NCBI RefSeq assembly: GCF_902713615.1
Contig: NC_052157.1
Location: forward strand, 25,725,203-25,789,202
DNA length: 64,000 bases
DNA from: Scyliorhinus canicula
Lineage: Eukaryota
Reading direction: 5' to 3'
Shown here: positions 1 to 10,977 of the stretch, piece by piece
Position numbering within the stretch: the first letter of the stretch is position 1
Layout: each line of letters opens with the position of its first letter
The notes under the pieces: generated by a model
Database searches by the model: none
What the model was told of the DNA's origin: nothing
Seen by the model: only the letters and a program-made list of their open reading frames with translations
Program-made: the position numbers and the translations under genes

Positions 1-749
1 ACGAGGAATGCAATCCACCCCAGTGATTCATGCGCTCAGGAGTGGTGTATGCACAACCTAACAAATATAGTTTTACAGTGAACAGTGGGAGTGTACTCAG
101 CTGATAAAGGTTAGAAGCATTGTGGGCTGCATCACTGTGATTTCCCCTGTACAATCTGAGCTAGCCCCGGAAATCTAAAATGAGAAGCAAATAACTTGAT
201 CTAAAATAAGAATGTCAAAAAGAGGGGAATGATATTTCAGACCTTATCAATATTTATATTATTTTTCAGAAATTCATCGATACATCATTTCCCTTTGCTA
301 TCTTAATTTCTGTAAGCTATTTTTTTTTTAAAGCGTACATTGCCATTACAACTGTACCATCGGTGCAAAGTAATTTCGCTTTGTACAACACTACAGCTGT
401 ACTATAAATGCAGACTGAGTCCAGGGTCAGGACATGACCTGACACCAGTGCAAAGGGGAATCAGGCAGCCTGGAGGACAAAGTTTCACTCTCATTCACTA
501 CAGAGTCACTTTGGACCTTAAAACATGATTTAAACAACACAAGTTCGGCTTTGGTGTGAAGCCTAATCCATTTTACACTAAATCAGGGCCAACATTAGGA
601 ACACGCAAGCCACACAATTGCAAGGGCCCGTGAGTCGATTCATTGGAAGGACATCTACACAACGCTAATAGCTAATCTCTGATCTCTTGGTCAACTATTT
701 TTACATCACCTATTGCAAGACAGATTTCTGACGAGTAAGCATGAGCAGC

Positions 750-933
750 AGAGGCTTTTTCAGCACAGTGGGCTAAGGCAGCTGGCTTGTAATGCAGAAC
801 AAGACCAGCAGCGAGGGTTCAATTCCCGTTCCAGCCTCACCGAACGGGCGCCGGAATGTGGCGACTAGGGGCTTTTCACAGTAACTTCCTTGAAGCCTAC
901 TTGTGACAATAAGTGATTATTATTATTATTATT
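750..933 (+). mobile_element. Short tRNA-derived SINE (family B: short head + 'gcctacttgtgacaataag' tail)
   Basis: B-box-like GGGTTCAATTCC, conserved 'ggcgccggaatgtggcgactaggggcttttcacagtaac', (ATT)n tail; near-identical copies at 16031, 41355 and 47327. Confidence 0.85.
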
Positions 934-3646
934 ACATCATCAGCGGGATTGAAACCAGCTTAAGTCAATTGCATTTAGTGTCCTTGACTATGAGATGCAG
1001 CAGCTCCAAACCAAGGAACGTATTAAACTTATAGTTTAAATGCACAGACTTCCCAATTGCAGAACTAGATGCATAGCTGCACCCAGCTAGAACAAGAGCG
1101 ATGCATTAAAACAGATAATTTTTATTAATTGGAAGAGATATGTATTTCAATATCTGAAATTGAAACAAGAATTAAATACAAATTAAATATTAAATATGAG
1201 CATAGCTGGTGTAGGATTGTCTGATTTTGTTTGTTCCATACAGGAAAGAGAAACTGATACTGAGTATTATTCCTGAGTACATGCTAATTATTGAAAGAAG
1301 CATTATTAATATCTGCAATTTTATGAAGAACACCAATTGTTTTGGTCTAATCCCTTATAATCCTTCGCAATATTCAAAGCAATGTTTCATCTTTTTAGGG
1401 TTAAATTTTGCATCGTTCAATAATGTGAGGAAGTTAGGTGCATCAGCAGGAAATATAGCTTTATTTTGATGATTTTGAAATTGGTTTATAAAAGGGACAG
1501 CACCCCTTTAGAGTGTACTGCCTCCAATTTACAGTCTAACCTTATCTGTCAGTGCACTAATGCATACTTTTTATTCTGTCAATGTGAACCGTTTTTTCCA
1601 CTGGTCAATATATCACAAGCTGTTCTTTTCTTAACAGTCCAGACAGACCAGACATTTGTGAAAGGTGCAGTCACTACAATCAAAAATGCTACATTTACTG
1701 AGTTTTTATCAAAGATTTCAATCCCCCTCATCCTCTGGAAAATTACCCTTTTATTTTGTTGTGGACATAAAATTATGGCCCTTGGAAAATTGGATGCGTT
1801 TCTGTTGAGGGAAATCAATTTTCTCACTGCCATATATGATCAACATGTCACAGCTATCAAAGAGATAATAATAGTAAAGCACAAGTAAAATGGTTGGTAA
1901 TACCAGCGCCTGAAAAGGGAGCAAGATAACCCCCTTCTTTTGAAACATGTTTGCAATATTAATAAAAAAGAACAGCTATGCAAAAGGCTCCTGAGCTGCC
2001 TTCAGAGAAAATCCTTTTAAGCTTGTCCACTGACAGACTAATGTGTCGATGAAACTGGGGCAGAAATTGGTGCTTCCTGGAAAACGCTTCAGCATTTGCG
2101 AAACCGCTGAAACTCCTTTCTCATCAACTTGTTAATGGGTAGCTAATAGTAGGCGAAATGCGACCAGAGTGTGATGGCTCAGGAGGCTGCCTAGGGCGAG
2201 GTAATAGGGAGAGCACAGTGGCTGCATCTTAATCTAGTCTTGCAAACAAAAGGAAGCATCAAATGTGACCTCGCCGCCAGAGTGTTAATGGTTATCTGCC
2301 CATCACTGCATGCCACTTAGCACTGTTTATGCCCCACCTTTGGATCTTTTCAGCATGAGCATGCATTAGTCAGATATTAGCAACCAAAACACTAAAGCAA
2401 ATTTGGACAAAAAAAAACGGTCTTCCAGTCCTGTCTTGTGACAGCTCTCCATCATTTGTTGAATCTGATCACAGTCTGAATCTGTCATCCTGCAGCAAAG
2501 ATGTGTGTGTTTTGTCACTTGCTAAGTAATGCACACGTTTATGTGAATTTCTAGAATGCAACATGGTTTAAAATAATGAAGTCTTCCATTCGAAAGGTTA
2601 CAGGAATAAATCTGTGGCAGGTTGTTTCATTCTGAACAGCGATTGAACGTTCAAAATGATTTAAACCCCACGCCACGTAATAAAGAAATTATTGGCATGT
2701 TTGTGAATAAACTACCATTCAATGTTATCATGTTATCAACCATTCAAGTAAACCTGAATTCTCGATAAAATGTACTTGATCTTAACAAAATCAGTCATTT
2801 GCACTTGTTCTGTTTATGTGTCACCAAACATAAACACAGCAATGTTATGATGTTTTCTCTGTGCAATTTTACAGAATTAATATTATAGATGAAAGAACTG
2901 ATAGTCTAAACAGAGACGCACGCTGCTGCATTTTCATGATTCAAATGATAACTAAGACATGACCTACATTTTGGTCAGCTAAAAGTGAATTAACTTATAC
3001 TTTTTCTAAACTAAATTTTGGAAATGAAATCTAATCTGCATATTTTAAGTGCAATTTTCCCAATACTGTTTTACAGTGGGACAGCCCTGGGTGACAGTAC
3101 TGGTTTATTCTGAGTCAAGAAATTACTGATAGAAATATTGCAAGACAAAAACTCATCTTGTACGACAGAATTGGTTCTCACCTCCATTCAAATAATTTGC
3201 AGGGGAATGTCATATGAAAGACTGCATGTCAACTCACTGTTTAAGCATTGTACTGCAGCCTAACTTTTACAAAGTACTATTGTTATGAGCATAACAAGTG
3301 TCCCCTGTGCTTTCCAAAACTTTACGTTGTGTTTGAGTTATTGGAGAAAGCCTACTTTCTCATTAACTCACCATTCTTGTAAGTTAGGTATAAATTAGCA
3401 TACTTAATATATGATGGTGCATGTATAAATATGATTAATAAGTATTTAATACAGACTTATGGTGGCGCCTATGAAGGAGTAAGTCACACATTTGGTGGCT
3501 CCCACTTTGGTCGGACTTTTGGACCTTTCCCCCCGATTTTCTACTGGACTTGAATTGTAAAACTGATGACAGAGGTAATTGTGTACTGAATTCCCACATC
3601 GGTGCATGGAGAGAAGGACTAGAAGTGCTCGTAAAGGCAACGGTCA

Positions 3647-4298
3647 ATGGAGCAGCTGATGCAAGTTATTCAGGAAGGCTTTGCTAAGCAGAAGATGGAG
3701 AAGGCACTGGCTGAGCAGGAGGAACATCACACTACGGTGGAGTTGGAGGTGGGGATGCTGAGAGACCAGCAGAAGAAGCACCTGGAGAAGGTGGAGGACC
3801 TAGAGAATAGCTCCCGCTGGCAGAACTTGAGAATCGTTTGGCTCCCGGAGTGGTCTGAAGGAGTGGACACTGGGGCATACGTAGCGGCATGTTCGAGAAG
3901 CTGCTGGGGAGGGGACATTCTCCCAACCCTTGGAGGTGGACAGGGCTCACAGAGCGCTCGTGAGGAAGCCGCAAATGGGAGACCCCCCCCCGAAGGCAAT
4001 GGTGGTGAGGTTCCACAGGTACTTGGATAAGGAGCACATTCTACAGTGGGCCAAGCAGACACGGAGCTGTAAGTGGGACAACAGTATCCTGCGGGTTTAC
4101 CAATACCTGAGTGTGGAGGTGGCCAGGAGAAGAGCAGGCTTCAACCAGATGAGGTCGATCCTTTTGAAGAAAAAGGTGAAGTTCGGACTATTGTATCCGG
4201 CCCGTCTCTGGGTCACGCACGAGGAACAGCACATTTATTTTGAGTCGCCTGAGGACGTGCTGGACTTCGTGAAAAGGAAAGGACTGGTGGTGGACTGA
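3647..4298 (+). pseudogene. L1 ORF1p (coiled coil + RRM + CTD), frameshifted
   Basis: Motifs 'KVEDLENSSRWQNLRIV.LPE..EG', 'EVDRAHRAL', 'VVRFHRY.DKE.IL', 'FGLLYPARL' in ORFs 3647-4030 and 3930-4298. Confidence 0.9.
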
Positions 4299-4582
4299 GA
4301 ACTTTTGAACTTTGCTGCAATGTTCTTGTTTTGTTTTTTTGTTTTTCTGTTCTTTAAAAAAAAATTTTTTCTCGTTTTGTGGAAGCTGTTTGTAATGCCT
4401 TTTGCATTGATTTGGGACCAGCGGTAGAGCTGAGTGAGTTAAGGTTTTCATTTGCACTGTTGGGGGATGGAGGTGTGCTTGTTTAGATCTTGGTGTTTTC
4501 TGTCGGGCAATTGTGTGGGGATTGTTTGACATGGTTATGACATTGTTGGACATGTTTGACATTGTTTGACATTGTTGGACAT

Positions 4583-4945
4583 GGGCAGCACGGTAGCATG
4601 GTGGTTAGCATAAATGCTTCACAGCTCCAGGGTCCCAGGTTAGGTTCCCGGCTGGGTCACTGTCTGTGCGGAGTCTGCACGTCCTCCCCGTGTGTGCGTG
4701 TGTTTCCTCCGGGTGCTCCGGTTTCCTCCCACAGTCCAAAGATGTGCGGGTTTGGTGGATTGGCCATGCTAAATTGCCCGTGTCCTAAAAGTGTCCTAAA
4801 AAGTAAGGTTAAGTGGGGGGGGTGTTGTTGGGTTATGGGTATAGGGTGGATACGTGGGTTTGAGTAGGGTGATCATTGCTCGGCACAACATCGAGGGCCG
4901 AAGGGCCTGTTCTGTGCTGTACTGTTCTATGTTCTATGTTCTATG
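4583..4945 (+). mobile_element. HE1-like tRNA/V-type SINE with CR1-derived (GTTCTAT)n tail
   Basis: Head gggcagcacggtagc, central 'tcctccgggtgctccggtttcctcccacagtccaaagatgtgc', tail matching the CR1 3' end at 10918-10977; inserted in the L1 inter-ORF spacer with a tgtttga duplication. Confidence 0.92.
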
Positions 4946-6858
4946 TTTGATGTTGGAGTATGTTTGTATGAGCCGGGGGTGGGGGGGGAGAGGGGGGTGG
5001 GGGAGGGGGGGTGGGGGTGGGGGTGAGAGGGGGGGTGGGGGTGGGGGTGAGGGTTGGGTGGGAACAATAGGTGAGAAACTATCCGGCACCAGGGATGGGG
5101 GCCACCAAGCTAGCTGGGTGGGTAGCTCACGGAAGCGCAGTGGGGGGTGTGCGTATGTTCAGTTTATTAAAGGGGTTGGGTTACAGAGTATTTTTCCTAG
5201 GGGGAGTAAATGTTCTGCTGACAAGGGAGGGGCTTGGGCTAAGGGACAGAGAGGAGGTTGGGGCGGAGACTGCCTGGGGGCAGGCTGGTGGAGGCGCAGA
5301 GCATGGGCTGGAGGCGGGCCCAAAAAAGGGGATGGATGATCGGCGAAGGGGGGGGCAATGAGCCCTCCAAGTAGGCTGATTACCTGGAATGTGTGAAGGT
5401 TAAATGGGCCGGTCAAGAGGGCTCATGTGTCTGCGCATCTTAGGGGACTGAAGGCGGACGTGGTAATGTTGCAGGAGACGCACGTTAGAGTAACTGACCA
5501 GATTAGACTGAGGAAAGGCTGGGTCAGTCAGTTCTTTCACTCGAGACTAGACTCAAAGACGAGAGGGGTTGAGATCCTGATCAATAAGCGGGTGGTGTTT
5601 GAAACGGGTACAATAGTCTCGGATGTGGGAGGTCGGTACATTATGGTCAGTGGGAAACTGGAGGGGGTGCAGGTGGTATTAGTAAATGTGTATGCACCAA
5701 ATTGGGACGATGTGGAATTTATAAAGAGAATGCTGGGGAAGATACCGGACCTGGACTCGCACAGGTTTGTCATGGGAGGGGACTTCAAGACAGTTATTGA
5801 CCCTGGCTTGAACCGATCAAGCTTGGAAATGGGCAGGGTGCCAGCAATGGCAAAGGAACTGAAAGGGTTCATGGAACAGATGGGGGGGTGGGGTGGATCC
5901 ATGGAGATTTGGGCAGCCGAGGGTGAAGGAGTTCTCCTTCTACTGTTGTTGAAAACTCACCACTATTCTTAGAAGTCCCCCTATACCAAAAAGGGACGAC
6001 ATTCGGTGAACAGGGATTCTCACTCCCTGACACCGATGCAGGCTTCGGTGGGTGCTATTCAGGTCAAACTATATTTTCAAGTTATCTCCCGGTATAACCC
6101 ATACCTTCACCGAAGATTTTATCTACTTACCACTTAGTAGCATTGATATCCTGGGTCCTGCATTGCTAAGTAAGTAAAGTCAGCTAATAACCACTGTTTC
6201 AGGTTAAAACTTTTAAGTTATTTTATTATTCTATTTTTTTCCTTTTAAAAGATGCAATCACTGTCTTTACAGAAAAGTAAAAAGATCTTGCTTCTGGATC
6301 CTTCTGGTTGGTTGAAGGGACCTTCAGGCCCAACTTGACAATCAATCTTCTTTAAAGTCTGGTCTTCTTTAGATGTATTTGCTGGTTAGTTCGATTGCTA
6401 TGTCTTGTCGATACCGTGTACCAAGCTGTGAGAGCTGACTCTGCTGGCTATCTCTGAGCTGACTCTGAGCTGACTCTGCCTCCTCTTTAAATTCTAGTCT
6501 TCCTTAGATGTATTAGCTGTTTTAGCTTGGCTGCTATGTCTTATCTTTCCCATGACCGAGCTGGCTGTAAGCTGACTCTGCTTGCTTCTCTTGTTCCTTC
6601 TCTGCTTCTCTCCTCTCTCTGAGTTCTGGTAGTTCCTGCTCTGGTCTCTGGGTTTATATTCTCTTTCTAACAGTTAGTAAGTTTTTATGACTTTATTGTA
6701 AAGTAACTTTTATTTCACTTTGATTGTAAAAGGTACCTTTGATCTAAACATTCTAATACAACTAAGTATTCATTTTGACATGACCTCACCTCTCAGGTCT
6801 CTGATTACATTGTTTCCTTTGTGATGTTCAAAGTTCCTTTGTGATATTCAAAAATGCT

Positions 6859-9800
6859 GGATGGAGCTGGATGAACTTCGGATCATTCGGGAGGCGGAGG
6901 GGGTTATTGAGAGGAGTTATAGGGAGGTAGTCACACCTCAGGTAAAAGAAGAAGATAGAAGGGTTACCATCAGGGGAGGGAACTGGCAGGCAGTGCAGGG
7001 ATCCCCTGTGGTCGTTCCCCTCAATAACAAGTATACCGTTTTGGATACTGTTGCGGGGGACGACTTACCAGGGGTAAGCAATGGGGCACAGGTCTCTGGC
7101 ACAGAGTCTGTCCCTGTTGTTCAGAAGGGAAGGGAGAACAGGAACAGAGCACGTGTCATTGGAGACTCCATAGTTAGAGGAACAGACAGGAGGTTCTGTG
7201 GGAACAAAAGAGACACACGGTTGGTGTGTTGCCTCCCAGGTGCCAGGGTTCGTGATAGAACATAGAACAGTACAGCACAGAACAGGCCCTTCGGCCCTCA
7301 ATGTTGTGCCGAGCAATGATCACCCTACTCAAACCCACGTATCCACCCTATACCCGTAACCCAACAACCCCCCCTTAACCTTACTTTTTAGGACACTACG
7401 GGCAATTTAGCATGGCCAATCCACCTAACCCGCACATCTTTGGACTGTGGGAGGAAACCGGAGCACCCGGAGGAAACCCACGCACACACGGGGAGGACGT
7501 GCAGACTCCACACAGACAGTGACCCAGCCGGGAATCGAACCTGGGACCCTGGAGCTGTGAAGCATTTATGCTAACCACCATGCTACCGTGCTGCCCAATG
7601 CTGATGTCCTGCTGATGTCTCTGATCGTGTTTTTGGGATCCTTAAGGGGGAGGGGGAGCAGTCCCAAGTCGTGGTCCACATAGGTACCAACGACATAGGT
7701 AGGAAGAGAGATGGGGATTTGAGACAGAAATTCAGGGAGCTAGGGTGGAAGCTGAGAGCTAGAACAAACAGAGTTGTTATCTCTGGGTTGTTACCCGTGC
7801 CACGTGCTAGCGAAGTGAGAAATAAGGAAAGAGAGGAGTTGAACACGTGGCTACAGGGATGGTGCAGGAGGGAGGGTTTTGGTTTCCTGGATAATTGGGG
7901 CTCATTCTGAGGTAGGTGGGACCTCTACAAACAGGATGGTCTTCACCTGAACCAGAGAGGTACCAATATCCTGGGGGGGAGATTTGCTAGTGCTCTTCGG
8001 GGGGGGGGGGGGGGGAGGGGGGGGTTTAAACTAATTCAGCAGGGGGATGGGAACATAAATTGTCGTCCCAGTGTACAGGATGTTGAGAGTAGTGAGGTCA
8101 GGAATAGGATTAAAAGTTCGAAAGAGGGCACCGGCAAGCAAGACACTGGTTTGAAGTGTGTCTACTTCAACGCCAGGAGCAGAGTGGAATAAGGTGGGTG
8201 AGCTTGCAGCATGGGTTGGTACCTGGGATCTCGATGTTGTGGCGATTTCGTAGACATGGGTAGAGCAGGGACAGGAATGGTTGTTGCAGGTTCCAGGATT
8301 TAGATGTTTCTGTAAGAACAGAGAAGGTGGTAAAAGAGGGGGGGGGAGTGGCATTGTTAATCAAGGAAAGTATTACAGCGGTAGAAAGGACGTTTGAGGA
8401 CTCGTCTACTGAGGTAGTATGGGCCGAGGTTAGGAACAGTAGAGGAGAGGTCACCCTGTTGGGAGTTGTCTATAGGCCACCGAATAGTTCCAGAGATGTA
8501 GAGGAAAGGATAGCAAAGATGATTCTCGACAGGAGTGAGAGTAACAGGGTAGTTGTTATGGGGGACTTTAACTTTCCAAATATTGACTGGAAATACTATA
8601 GTTTGAGTACTATAGATGGGTCAGTTTTTGTGCAGTGTGTGCAGGAGGGTTTTCTGACACAATATGTAGACAGGCCAGCAAGGGGCGATGCCACATTGGA
8701 TTTGGTACTGGGTAATGAACCCGGCCAGGTGTTAGATTTAGATGTAGGTGAGTACTTTGGTGATAGTGATCACAATTTGGTTTACTTTAGCGATGGGCAG
8801 GGATAGGTATATACCGCAAGGCAAGAATTATAGCTGGAGGAAAGGCAGTTATGATGCTATTCGGCAAGATTTAGGATGTTTAGGATGGGGAAGGAAACTG
8901 CAGGGGATGGGTACAATCGAAATGTGGAGCTTTTTCAAGGATACTGCGTGTCCTTGATAAGTATGTACCTGTCAGGCAGGGAGGAAGTTGTCGAGCAAGG
9001 GAACCGTGGTTTACGAAGGAAGTTGAAGCACTTGTCAAGAGGAAGAAGAAGGCTTATGTTAGGATGAGGCATGAAGGCTCAGTTAGGGCACTTGAGAGTT
9101 ACAAGTTAGCCAGGAAGGACCTAAATGGAGAGTTAAGAAGAGCGAGGAGAGGACACGAAAAGTCGTTGGCGGATAGGATCAAGGAAAACCCTAAGGCTTT
9201 CTATAGGTATATCAGGAACAAAAGAATGACTAGAGTAAGATTAGGGCCAATCAAGGATAGTAGTGGAAAGTTGTGTGTGGAATCAGAGGAGATAGGGGAA
9301 GCGTTGAATGGATATTTTTCGTCAGTGTTTACACTGGAGAAAGACAATGTTGTCGAGGAGAATACTCAGGTACAGTCGACCAGGCTAGATGGGATTGAGG
9401 TCCACAAGGAGGAGGTGTTAGCAGTTTTGGAAAGTGTAAAAATAGATAAGTCCCCTGGGCCAGATGGGATTTATCCTAGGATTCTCTGGGAAGCCAGGGA
9501 GGAGATTGCAGAGCCTTTGTCCTTGATCTTTATGTCGTCTTTGTGGACAGGAATAGTGCCGGAAGACTGGAGAATAGCAAATGTTGTCCCCCATGTTCAA
9601 GAAATGGGAGTAGAGACAGCCCTGGTAATTATAGACCTGTGAGCTTTACTTCGGTTGTGGGTAAAATGTTGGAAAAGGTTATAAGAGATAGGGTTTATAA
9701 TCATCTTGAAAAGAACAAGTTGATTAGCGATAGTCAACATGGTTTTGTGAAGGGTAGGTCATGCCTCACAAACCTTATTGAGTTTTTTGAGAAGGTGACC

Positions 9801-10977
9801 AAACAGGTGGATCAGGGTAAAGCGGTTGATGTGGTGTATATGGATTTCAGTAAGGCGTTTAATAAGGTTCTCCATGGTAGGCTATTGCAGAAAATAAGGA
9901 AGTATGGGATCGAAGGTGATTTAGCGGTTTGGATCAGTAATTGGCTAGCTGAAAGAAGACAGAGGGTGGTGGTTGATGGCAAATGTTCATCCTGGAGTTC
10001 AGTTACTAGTGGTGTACCGCAAGGATCTGTTTTGGGGCCACTGCTGTTTGTCATTTTTATAAATGACCTGGAAGAGGGTGTAGAAGGATGGGTTAGTAAA
10101 TTTGCAGATGACACGATGTTCGGTGGAGTTGTGGATAGTGCTGAAGGATGTTATAGGTTAAAGAGGGACATAGATAAGCTGCCGAGCTGGGCTGAGAGGT
10201 GGCAGATGGCGTTTAATGATGAAAAGTGTGAGGTGGTTCACTTTGGTAGGAGTAACAGGAATGCAGAGTACTGACCTAATGGCAAGATTCTTGGTAGTGT
10301 AGATGAACAGAGAGATCTCGGCATCCAGGTACATAAATCCCTGAAAGTTGTCACCCAGGTTAATAGGGCTGTTAAGAAGGCATATGGTGTGCTAGCCTTT
10401 ATCAGTAGGGGGATTGAGTTTCGGAGCCACGAGGTCATGCTGCAGCTGTACAAAACTCTGGTGCGGCAGTTCTGGTCACCACATTATAGGAAGGATGTGG
10501 AAGCTTTGGAAAGGGTTCAGAGGAGATTTACTAGGATGTTGCCTGGTATGGAGGGAAGGTCTTACGAGGAAAGGCTCAGGGACTTGAGGTTGTTTTCGTT
10601 AGAGAGGAGAAGGCTGAGAGGTGACTTAATAGAGACATATAAGATAGTCAGAGGGTTAGATAGGGTGGACAGTGAGAGTCTCTTTCCTCGGATGGTGATG
10701 ACCAACACGAGGGGACATAGCTTTAAATTGAGGGGTGGTAGATATAGGACAGATGTCAGAGGCAGTTTCTTTACTCAGAGAGTAGTAGGGGTGTGGAACG
10801 CCCTGCCTGCAACAGTAGTAGACTCGCCAACTTTAAGGGCATTTAAGTGGTCACTGGATAGACATATGGATGAAAATGGAATATTGTAGGTCAGATAGGC
10901 TTCAGATGGTTTCACAGGTCGGCACAACATCGAGGGCCGAAGGGCCCGCACTGCGCTGTAATGTTCTATGTTCTATG
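6859..10977 (+). mobile_element. CR1-clade LINE (HER1-like), 5'-truncated within ORF1; SGNH esterase ORF1 + APE/RT ORF2, decayed
   Basis: 'IGDSIVRG', 'VHIGTND', DGLHLN-like (esterase); 'VYRPP', 'MGDFN', 'KSPGPDGIYP', 'NYRPVS', 'SGVPQGSVLGP', 'KFADDT'; (GTTCTAT)n tail; possible atgct duplication at 6854-6858 and 10975-10979. Confidence 0.95.
7257..7596 (-). mobile_element. HE1-like SINE inserted in CR1 ORF1
   Basis: Reverse complement nearly identical to 4583-4945; interrupts the esterase reading frame at 'PGARVRD'. Confidence 0.92.

Noticed and set aside
1227-1948. Overlapping 65-140 aa ORFs; likewise 52077-52574
   Set aside because: AT-rich, mostly non-ATG starts, no motifs or convincing splice structure.
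4583-4660. tRNA-like A/B boxes as tRNA genes
   Set aside because: They are SINE heads, followed by SINE cores and LINE-derived tails.
7973-8025. Long G/C homopolymers (also about 26180, 30792, 46701, 60025)
   Set aside because: Simple slippage tracts, mostly inside TEs; lengths may be sequencing-dependent.
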